The notes under the pieces: generated by a model | Seen by the model: only the letters and a program-made list of their open reading frames with translations | Told to the model about the DNA's origin: nothing | The model's database searches: none | Position numbers and translations under genes: made by a program | In this document: positions 16,265 to 24,045 of the stretch, piece after piece | Layout: the number at the start of each line of letters is the position of its first letter | Position numbering within the stretch: position 1 is the first letter of the stretch | Assembly: GCA_964567555.1 (NCBI GenBank) | Contig: CAZMNA010000002.1 | Location: 5,795 to 69,794, forward strand | Reading direction: 5' to 3' | DNA from: an uncultured Candidatus Saccharibacteria bacterium | Lineage (GTDB): Bacteria > Patescibacteriota > Saccharimonadia > Saccharimonadales > UBA10212 | Length of the DNA: 64,000 nucleotides

Positions 16265-16759
16265 CTATTTGTTGTCTACGCAATAGAGCGCACCGCCATC
16301 AAGGGCAGTCCAAATTGCATAGTTGCGTGCTGAAGCACCTGTAGTTCCGACTCCCGTAACTGACGCGGCGCCGCCGCATACGTCACCGTTGTGGTAGTAA
16401 ACGACCTGTGTTGTGCTACCGCCTGGTGTTGTCGGCACGGTTGCCACTGTAGGCTGGTAAGTAAGCGTAATCGCAGAACCAGTTTCAGGATCTTTAAAGG
16501 GGTTACCGGTTAGATATTGGCCGTTAAAGGTTGTTATATTGGCAGCTGTGGTAGGAACTTGACCTTGATTGTTGCTACCATAGTTATCCAGCTCAGTCTT
16601 AATGCGATTTGTTAAATCCTTGCGGGCGCTGTTATGCGCATTGCGCGTCAGTGCTGGTGCCGCAATCAAGACAATCAGTATTATCAGTCCGGCTACAGCC
16701 AACACAATCATGACTTCTATGATGGTAAAGCCTTTTAATGGTTGTTTAAATTTTTTCAT
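16265..16759 (-). CDS. pilA: major type IV pilin
   Basis: PLKG/FTIIEVMIVLAVAGLIILIV. It has its own strong terminator, and a C-terminal Cys pair. Confidence 0.8.
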   Translation of the reverse strand: MKKFKQPLKGFTIIEVMIVLAVAGLIILIVLIAAPALTRNAHNSARKDLTNRIKTELDNYGSNNQGQVPTTAANITTFNGQYLTGNPFKDPETGSAITLTYQPTVATVPTTPGGSTTQVVYYHNGDVCGGAASVTGVGTTGASARNYAIWTALDGGALYCVDNK

Positions 16760-16845
16760 TTTCTAACAAATGCCCCCTTTGTCAGGTTAATTTCTTGCTT
16801 ATGGTTACATCTTAGGCGAGATACAAATAAAATGCAATAGCTTTT

Positions 16846-18066
16846 TTATACTTGGAATTTGCCCACTAGGCCATAAATCGGCAATAGAACGGCTGCGACA
16901 ATAACCAAGGCGGCAATGCCCATGACTACCATCAAGAGCGGCTCAATTAGGCTGGAGATGGTTTTAATTTCGTTATCAAGTTCTTTTTCATAATAGTCGG
17001 CCGTGCGGCCCAGCATTGCCTCCATGGAGCCGGATTGTTCGCCAATTTTAATCATCTGGGGAACCAGGCTCAAAAAATTCGTATCCCCAGTTAAGCTCTC
17101 ACTTAAGGCTTTGCCGCCTTTGACTTTATCTGCTGCAGTATTTAAGGAGTGGGCAATCTGGGTATTGTCCACGGCCTTGCCAACAATATCCATTATCTGC
17201 AACAGCGGTACGCCGCTGGCTACCAAAGTCTGAGAAGTACGCGTAAAGCGGGCCATGTACATCTTCATAAACAGGTTATTAAACGGCCAGGCCCTAATCT
17301 TGAGGCGGTCCATTGTTTCACGACCCGGTCCAGTTTTACTCCAACGACTAAAGTAGTAGCCACCGCCAGCTAAGATCAGTAAGCATACCCACCAAAAATG
17401 CGTTATAAAGTTCGACAAGTCCAGCAAGATGACTGTTATAAAAGGCAGGTGGGCGCCGGGCAAACCCTTATAAAGTTCCTGAACACGCGGCAAAACAGCC
17501 GTTAGCATAAATATGACTACAGCTATCATTACCAGCACAACAATCAACGGATAAATAAGTGCACCGCGGACTTTTGATACTATTTCGGCATCTTTTTCCT
17601 GCTGGTTTGCCAGCCTTTCCAGCGCGCCATCAAGCGTACCAGAAGTCTCACCAGCGGCAACTAAGTTTACGTAAACCGCGTTAAATTCCTTAGGGTGCTT
17701 TGCCAGTGCATCTGAAAAGCTAGAGCCGCCTTCTACGTCGGATATAGTATTGGCCAAAATTTGTTTGAAGCTTTTTTTGGACGTCTGCTCCTGAACTGCC
17801 CGCAGGCTCTGCACCAAAGGTAGGCCAGCGTTTATCAAAGTAGACAGCTGGCGCGAGAAAATAACTTTATCTTTTGTGCTTATGCGATTGGCGAGATTTG
17901 TGAGACCATTTTTGGCGCCTTCGTCTTTGGTTAGCGTAATCTCCAGCGGCAAATAACCCTGTTCTTTAATATGCTTAACGGCATCGTGCTCATCAGACGC
18001 CTGGACCGTGGAGTTTATTTTGTTGCCGCTTTTTGGGTCGCGCGCCGTAAAACTATAGGTCAACAT
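16846..18066 (-). CDS. pilC: type IV pilus platform protein (GspF/PilC family)
   Basis: 406 aa with duplicated T2SSF-type domains and 3 TM segments. Confidence 0.9.
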   Translation of the reverse strand: MLTYSFTARDPKSGNKINSTVQASDEHDAVKHIKEQGYLPLEITLTKDEGAKNGLTNLANRISTKDKVIFSRQLSTLINAGLPLVQSLRAVQEQTSKKSFKQILANTISDVEGGSSFSDALAKHPKEFNAVYVNLVAAGETSGTLDGALERLANQQEKDAEIVSKVRGALIYPLIVVLVMIAVVIFMLTAVLPRVQELYKGLPGAHLPFITVILLDLSNFITHFWWVCLLILAGGGYYFSRWSKTGPGRETMDRLKIRAWPFNNLFMKMYMARFTRTSQTLVASGVPLLQIMDIVGKAVDNTQIAHSLNTAADKVKGGKALSESLTGDTNFLSLVPQMIKIGEQSGSMEAMLGRTADYYEKELDNEIKTISSLIEPLLMVVMGIAALVIVAAVLLPIYGLVGKFQV

Positions 18067-18070
18067 AGCA

Positions 18071-19138
18071 TTAACTTCTCATCAAACGGTCTAGTTCGTT
18101 TAGGTCCACTGCGTAATTTTTAGCTTCATCATAGCTAATGGTGCCGTCACGGATGAGCTTGACCAACGTTGCGTCCATGGACTGCATGCCAAATTCTGCA
18201 CCGGTTTGAATCACTGCTTCCAGCTGATGAGATTTACCTTCACGGATGATATTGCGCACTGCCGGCGTGGCTATCAAAATTTCGGCCGCCGCTACCCGTG
18301 CACCACCAATTGATGGTATTAAGCGCTGGGAACAAATGGCCATCAAAATATTGGACAATTCGCTTCTGGTCTGTGCCTGCTGATGCGGCGGAAAAACGTC
18401 AACAATACGGTCAATCGTTTGGCTAGCGCCGTTAGTATGCAAGGTCGCCAGCACCAAATGCCCGGTCTCAGCAATTGTTATGGCTGCCGCGATGGTCTCA
18501 AGATCGCGCATCTCACCAATTAAGACGACGTCCGGATCTTCACGCAAGCTTGAACGAAGAGCCATAGAAAATGAATAGGTATCATAGTGCACCTCGCGCT
18601 GAACGATGACCGATTTATTTGATTTGTGAGTATATTCTATCGGATCCTCTACCGTAATAATATGGCGGGCTTGGTTTTGGTTAATGCGGTCAACAAGTGC
18701 AGCCAAGGTAGTAGATTTACCAGAACCGGTCGGACCGGTTACCAGCACAAGTCCCCGCGGGAAATCAGCGAAAGTGTTAACAATCTGCGGCATACCCAGC
18801 TCTTCTATACTCAAAATCTTGTTTGGTATTAGACGCAAAGCGGCGGCCAAATTACCACGCTCATGAAAGGCATTAACACGGAAGCGCCCTAAATCCCCAA
18901 AGGCAAAGGAAAAATCAAACTCTTTATCACGCAACAGTAGCTTTTTTTGGTCTTCGTCTAAAAGCGCAAATACAAGGCTTTCAACGGTTTGTTCATCCAG
19001 CGGGGGTTGGTTTACCATTGGCGCTAACGCCCCGTCAACACGGAGGATTGGCGGCAGACCCACTTGCAAATGAAGGTCCGAAGCTTTGCGCCGGACAACT
19101 TCTTCCAATAGGACTTCTATTTTTGGCTGCGGTTTCAT
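18071..19138 (-). CDS. pilT: twitching-motility retraction ATPase
   Basis: 355 aa. Walker A GPTGSGKSTT, VLIGEMRD, PilT-size ATPase. Confidence 0.9.
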   Translation of the reverse strand: MKPQPKIEVLLEEVVRRKASDLHLQVGLPPILRVDGALAPMVNQPPLDEQTVESLVFALLDEDQKKLLLRDKEFDFSFAFGDLGRFRVNAFHERGNLAAALRLIPNKILSIEELGMPQIVNTFADFPRGLVLVTGPTGSGKSTTLAALVDRINQNQARHIITVEDPIEYTHKSNKSVIVQREVHYDTYSFSMALRSSLREDPDVVLIGEMRDLETIAAAITIAETGHLVLATLHTNGASQTIDRIVDVFPPHQQAQTRSELSNILMAICSQRLIPSIGGARVAAAEILIATPAVRNIIREGKSHQLEAVIQTGAEFGMQSMDATLVKLIRDGTISYDEAKNYAVDLNELDRLMRS

Positions 19139-19160
19139 ATTCCCACCCTTAGACTACTCA

Positions 19161-20972
19161 TTAGTTATCATCGCTCGCCGCTACGCGGTTAATTTCGGTT
19201 AGTGTCGAAATGCCGGCTAGAGCCTTTAGGTAACCATCTTGGCGCATGGTTATCATACCGCTGGTTTCCATAGCCGACCGTTGGATCATGGAACTGGTAG
19301 CGTGTTTTATGATTAAATCTTGAATACTTTCTGTCACCTCAAAAGCCTCGTATAAACCCATGCGGCCTTTATACCCAGTGGGGTTTTCCACTGTTGGTTT
19401 GGCCTTAACAAGAGTATAAGCGCTTTGGCGTGATAGGGGCAAGGTTTTGTAGCCCAAATCTTTAGCAACTTTTGGCATATCTTGCCTTGTTTTAGGTAGT
19501 AAATTGCCAATTGTTTCTGTGATTTCGGCTGTCTCTACCTTGGAAGATGAATAAGGTTCGCCGCCTGAGATTACCCGACGGACCAGCCTTTGACCAATGA
19601 CGGTGTGCACAGTGGAGGCAATCAAAAACGGCTCCACGCCCATGTCTAAAAGACGCGGCAAAATACCGGCAGCAGTGTTGGTGTGCAAAGTTGAGAAAAC
19701 CAAGTGGCCTGTCAAAGCAGCCTGGACGGCCAAGTTAGCCGTTTCGCGGTCACGAATTTCCCCCACCATCACAACATCCGGGTCCTGGCGCAAAATTGAG
19801 CGAAGCCCAGTCGCAAAAGTAAGCCCGACCTCCGGGTTAATTTGGATTTGGTTAACGCCGTCCATTTTGTATTCCACTGGATCTTCCAGCGTCACAATGT
19901 TAATGCTCTCTTTTTTGATCTCCTGAATCATGGCATACATGCTGGTGGTCTTACCAGAACCGGTCGGACCAGATGTCAAAATCATGCCATAAGGCCGCTT
20001 TAGACCTTTTCTGATTAAACGTAAGGTGCGGCCGGTGTAGCCCATAGCTTCCAGCTGGAAGCTGGAGCCCGATTTATCCAGTAAACGTAAGATTACCTGT
20101 TCTCCCCACACTGTCGGGCTAACGGCCACACGCAAGTCTATTTCATTTTTCTCTACCCTAATTGTGAATTGACCGTCCTGCGGAACCCGGTGCTCATCAA
20201 TTTTAAGGTTAGCCAAAATTTTTATACGTGAGATTAAGGGCGCTTCGGTGGATTTAGGCAGTCGCATAACCTCGCGCAATACGCCGTCTACCCGGCAACG
20301 GACTTTAAGTTCCTTTTCTTGGGGCTCAATATGGATGTCGCTGGCTTGGTTGCGCGCGGCAAATTCCATGAGAGCGTTGAGGGCTTTACTTATGGGTGAA
20401 TCTTCGTTAATAATCTGGACTTTTTTGCCGGCTTCTTTGGGCGTCAGTGCAGCCGTAGCAGCTTGGGCAGTCGCCTCGGCGGCCTCTTCGGCCTTAACCA
20501 GCAGGCTGGTCACGCCTTCGTCTATGTTACGGTCATATTGAGTGAGTGCTTTTCTTATTCCGGATTCGCTGGCGGCATAAACTTGCAAGGGCCGTCCAAT
20601 TTTATTACTCAGAAAATCGACAGCTTGGAGGTTGTCGGCATTAAGCATTGCCACCACCAACTTTTCATCCATTTCGCCAAGCGGGATAGCCATGTAGTGC
20701 TGGGCGGTATCGCGCGGTAATAGCGCCAGTATTTCCGGACTGACTTGGGGTGATTCGCTTAAATTGACGTATGGTATGCCATTAACAATAGCCGAGGCAC
20801 GGGTGAATTCTTCATCGGTTACTTTGCCTTCGTTTAAAAGGAGGCTAAAAAGCGGCTGGTGAGCGCTTGCCGCCTTCTTTTTATATTCAGCCAGGCTAGC
20901 CTGCGAGATAACGCCGTCTTTAACTAGCTCATCTTCCAGTTGGGCTTGGGTAGTCGCGTTTAAAACGCTCAT
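19161..20972 (-). CDS. pilB: type IV pilus assembly ATPase (GspE/PilB family)
   Basis: GPTGSGKTTS, VMVGEIRD. The start is set at ATG 20972 (MSVLN); the track ORF extends 15 nt into the repeat element. Confidence 0.9.
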   Translation of the reverse strand: MSVLNATTQAQLEDELVKDGVISQASLAEYKKKAASAHQPLFSLLLNEGKVTDEEFTRASAIVNGIPYVNLSESPQVSPEILALLPRDTAQHYMAIPLGEMDEKLVVAMLNADNLQAVDFLSNKIGRPLQVYAASESGIRKALTQYDRNIDEGVTSLLVKAEEAAEATAQAATAALTPKEAGKKVQIINEDSPISKALNALMEFAARNQASDIHIEPQEKELKVRCRVDGVLREVMRLPKSTEAPLISRIKILANLKIDEHRVPQDGQFTIRVEKNEIDLRVAVSPTVWGEQVILRLLDKSGSSFQLEAMGYTGRTLRLIRKGLKRPYGMILTSGPTGSGKTTSMYAMIQEIKKESINIVTLEDPVEYKMDGVNQIQINPEVGLTFATGLRSILRQDPDVVMVGEIRDRETANLAVQAALTGHLVFSTLHTNTAAGILPRLLDMGVEPFLIASTVHTVIGQRLVRRVISGGEPYSSSKVETAEITETIGNLLPKTRQDMPKVAKDLGYKTLPLSRQSAYTLVKAKPTVENPTGYKGRMGLYEAFEVTESIQDLIIKHATSSMIQRSAMETSGMITMRQDGYLKALAGISTLTEINRVAASDDN

Positions 20973-21082
20973 CCCGTTTGACTCCAATAAACGACCGTTA
21001 ATTTATAAGCGGCTTGAAGCAAGCAGTGGTGTTCAGGCGTTACACCTGAGCTGTAGGCTAAGTGGAGTCTTACGGGACTCAT
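20970..21082 (-). mobile_element. 113-nt inverted-repeat element, copy a (MITE-like or structured leader) on the pilB start codon
   Basis: Minus strand ATGAG-TCCCGTAAGACTCCA...TGGAGTCAAACGGG-ATGAG. See findings. Confidence 0.65.
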
Positions 21083-21343
21083 CTACTGCCCCGTGAATGG
21101 CTGTGGGTTAGTTTTCCCGCCAATTCTAATCAGCTGGGTTGGGTCTATCGCTCCCGGATTAAAGATTTTTTGGTAGCTGGGGTCACTTGATACCGATGGA
21201 AAGTTGGCGCTAATAGGCGTAACCACCGGAACTTGTACAGAACGACTCCCCGGTGAGCCAAAGACTGCCTTTGATATAACCAGGGAAAAGATAGCCGCCA
21301 CAATACCAACTACAATTATGAGATAAAGATCGCTGCGCTTCAT
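21083..21343 (-). CDS. 86-aa membrane-anchored protein of the pilus operon
   Basis: N-terminal TM helix, Pro/Ser-rich tail. It lies between the pilO-like gene and pilB, flanked by two repeat elements. Confidence 0.55.
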   Translation of the reverse strand: MKRSDLYLIIVVGIVAAIFSLVISKAVFGSPGSRSVQVPVVTPISANFPSVSSDPSYQKIFNPGAIDPTQLIRIGGKTNPQPFTGQ

Positions 21344-21453
21344 CCCGTTAGAACCTCACTTGACTTATTGCCCTTGGCTAACATTGGATAATCCGTGCTT
21401 GCTTCAAACGTCCTATGAACATTTAGTGCTTTCTGAGTTCTTACGGGATTCAT
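21341..21453 (-). mobile_element. 113-nt inverted-repeat element, copy b, on the start codon of the 86-aa gene
   Basis: Minus strand ATGAA-TCCCGTAAGAACTCA...TGAGGTTCTAACGGG-ATGAA. Confidence 0.65.
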
Positions 21454-22121
21454 TTGACCACCTTCTTAACGCTCAAGTTGACCGCTTGTGACTGCTGGTA
21501 GTAACTGTTCATGGTAAGAGTCATCTGCAATTGGCCATCACTGCCGGATAGTTCCAAAGTTGAAACATCAAACGGCCTGATAGACTTTTCAAAATCCTGC
21601 ATCACTTTTTGGTCAGTGTTGTAATCACTGGTCCCAGAAAGGCTAAAGCTCATAACCACGGAGCTTGGTTTGGCCACCGAAGTATTTGGATTACTGGCCG
21701 AATCATCAGTAACGCTGATGGATTGTATGTCCACGCCGTGATTACTCAAGATTTTTTCTACCGTTGAAGCTAGCGCTGGTGCGTCATAAGTACTTGGCAA
21801 AGCGTCTAAAACTATCTGGGCATTGTTACCATCCGTACCGCCACTGCCTGCCACGTTGCCCCCTAGTATATTTGGGTCAGCAGAAGCAAAGTTTTGATAG
21901 GCTTTGGCCAGTGCCTGAGCGGCAGTGTAGTTGGACTCTAACTGTTTGACTGCTTGGTTTTTGGCCGTTAGCACACGCTGTTGGTAGGCGCCTTTGCTTA
22001 TCATAGCCTTAATACCAAACAGGCAAAAAATGACTATAACCACAGATGCCGCCACAACGCCCAGCATTGTAGTTTGAGCTTTGTTTAGTTCGGCGTGTTT
22101 GCCCGATATATGCAGTGCCAT
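21450..22121 (-). CDS. PilO-like pilus alignment protein
   Basis: 223 aa; N-terminal TM plus coiled-coil region; position after pilN. Confidence 0.55.
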   Translation of the reverse strand: MALHISGKHAELNKAQTTMLGVVAASVVIVIFCLFGIKAMISKGAYQQRVLTAKNQAVKQLESNYTAAQALAKAYQNFASADPNILGGNVAGSGGTDGNNAQIVLDALPSTYDAPALASTVEKILSNHGVDIQSISVTDDSASNPNTSVAKPSSVVMSFSLSGTSDYNTDQKVMQDFEKSIRPFDVSTLELSGSDGQLQMTLTMNSYYQQSQAVNLSVKKVVK

Positions 22122-22810
22122 TACTGACCAACCCCTGAGGTACTGGTCTGACCAGTGAAAACTGGCGGCGCATTAGTGACCGATTGTGTGGTTACTTGAC
22201 TTGGTACGGCAAGCGAAATTGACTCATTCGGCATCAGCAGGTCCGAATTATAGTTGGCTGTGATGGTATAGCTGGCGCTTTTGCTGTCACGATTTACGGT
22301 GGATAGGACTACGCTGCTAAAGGCATCTTGAGAACTGCTGTTGCTTGCAGTAGTAAATTTGGTGAACTTCAGCGTATCAACAAATTGATTGACGGTCGAT
22401 ACTGTGTTGGCGGACCCGGTAATGGTTATGGAGCTGGCTGTGGTGTCTAGGCTAAATTGGTTGATACCGGCGTTTGACGGTGTCAGCTGATGTAAATAAC
22501 CAAAGAAGCGCGAGGTGAGGTGCTTCTGATTATGCAGCCCGGGCAAAGCATTTAGTTGACCCTGAATGGTCAAGATTTTACCAATGTTGGGGATAGCAGC
22601 AATTTGGCTGGCCGTAGAATTGATTTTTTTATCCGCGCTGGAAAGCAGAGTTTTTTGACCTAAGTCAACGCTTAAAAAGGTTATTAAAAAGACGGCTACG
22701 GCTATGCCGCTAACAAGTGCGCATATATAAAGAACCTTGCTCTGAGTACGCCGCGCTGATTCATAGGCTACCTTGACATCCGGCAACAGGTTAAATTGGA
22801 GTTTAGCCAT
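22121..22810 (-). CDS. PilN-like pilus alignment protein
   Basis: MAKLQFNLLPDVK (the conserved NLLP start of PilN) followed by a TM helix. Confidence 0.65.
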   Translation of the reverse strand: MAKLQFNLLPDVKVAYESARRTQSKVLYICALVSGIAVAVFLITFLSVDLGQKTLLSSADKKINSTASQIAAIPNIGKILTIQGQLNALPGLHNQKHLTSRFFGYLHQLTPSNAGINQFSLDTTASSITITGSANTVSTVNQFVDTLKFTKFTTASNSSSQDAFSSVVLSTVNRDSKSASYTITANYNSDLLMPNESISLAVPSQVTTQSVTNAPPVFTGQTSTSGVGQ

Positions 22811-22816
22811 CAGAAC

Positions 22817-23854
22817 TTACTCTCTCTCCGCCAGACCGGCTGCGACCGCAAATTTATAAGACAGTCCCATTAGTTCACTTTGCTTGTCAGGCGGGTACGC
22901 CACATTCGCCCAAGCATAACCAATTTCTACATTTAAGCCCAATTTGTTGGCAACGTACAGAGGGAATTCTGGCAAGGTCGAGGCACCACCCGTTAGTACA
23001 ACCTTATCCAGCTTGGTGCCAGGATAGCGCCCAGCAAAAAATTTGACTGATTTTTGGGCCTCGGCTATTAAATTATCAACCACGCCAATGATAGCCTCGT
23101 AAACTTGGCCCTCTAGTTTATCGTGGGATAGGCCAAACTTATGGACAAATTGTGAGGCTTGGGTAGCGTTAATACCCAGCGCAGACGATGCAGCGCGGAT
23201 AAGAGCCGATATTCCGGTGGGTATGGAACGCGCCAATCGAATTGTACCGTTGATAGTGATAATCATATCCGTTGCCAATGTGCCGACTTCTAAAATCATA
23301 TGCACCCCGCTGACGTCCGGCGGCAAAAGCGACCGCACCAAGGCCAGGCTATTGGGCTCAAAAGCTAGCACGTTTAGGCCAATCGACTCTAATAAATCAA
23401 GACGCCCCTCAACGTAATCATTAGGCACACTGGTTAAAATAACTTCATCCTGGTTGGGCACACGTGGCGACGGGCCCAAGAGCGCCCAGTCAATCTTGCT
23501 CTCCGCCAGCGGCGTGGGGACTATGGAATCAGCCTGGAAGCGGATGGCTTGGGCCAGCTCTTCTTTGGGCAGTTTGTCCATATCAATAACCGACGTAAAA
23601 ACCCGGTTGGATGGTATGCCAACCGCTACGTTTTTGCTAGTCACACCGGATTGCTTTATCAGCTGGTCAATGGCTGCTGCCAGTTTAGGCCAGTCAGCTT
23701 TAGAATCACTAACGGCTAAGGTACCCTCTACGGGCAGGCTGGCGTACCGAAGCAGAGTTTTAGGGTCGCCAGGCTTTAGCTGGACAAGCTGGATAGATGC
23801 CGGACTTATATCAAGACCAAAAAAATCGTCTGTCCCACCGCTTAAGATACTCAC
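22817..23854 (-). CDS. pilM: PilM actin-like ATPase
   Basis: 345 aa, FGLDIS...; actin/FtsA-like fold pattern; first gene of the pilMNO block. Confidence 0.8.
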   Translation of the reverse strand: MSILSGGTDDFFGLDISPASIQLVQLKPGDPKTLLRYASLPVEGTLAVSDSKADWPKLAAAIDQLIKQSGVTSKNVAVGIPSNRVFTSVIDMDKLPKEELAQAIRFQADSIVPTPLAESKIDWALLGPSPRVPNQDEVILTSVPNDYVEGRLDLLESIGLNVLAFEPNSLALVRSLLPPDVSGVHMILEVGTLATDMIITINGTIRLARSIPTGISALIRAASSALGINATQASQFVHKFGLSHDKLEGQVYEAIIGVVDNLIAEAQKSVKFFAGRYPGTKLDKVVLTGGASTLPEFPLYVANKLGLNVEIGYAWANVAYPPDKQSELMGLSYKFAVAAGLAERE

Positions 23855-23903
23855 CTTTTATATCCCTAATCCGTTTTTATTACCGGTGCCCATAACTGGT
23901 TGG

Positions 23904-23930
23904 ATTATAGCATAAGCCTCATTGGTACAA
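23904..23930 (-). promoter_or_regulatory. candidate promoter of the pilM operon
   Basis: Minus strand TTGTAC-N15-(TGC)TATAAT inside GGCTTATGCTATAAT. Confidence 0.45.
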
Positions 23931-24045
23931 CATCCTACTTTTTAAGCCTGGAAGGAAAAAGAGCAGCCCGAGCAAAAATCCTCCGCCGGCTGGCGGGTTT
24001 TGCCCGGTGCGATGAGAAAAAACCATCCGGTTTTGTCTTATGGTT

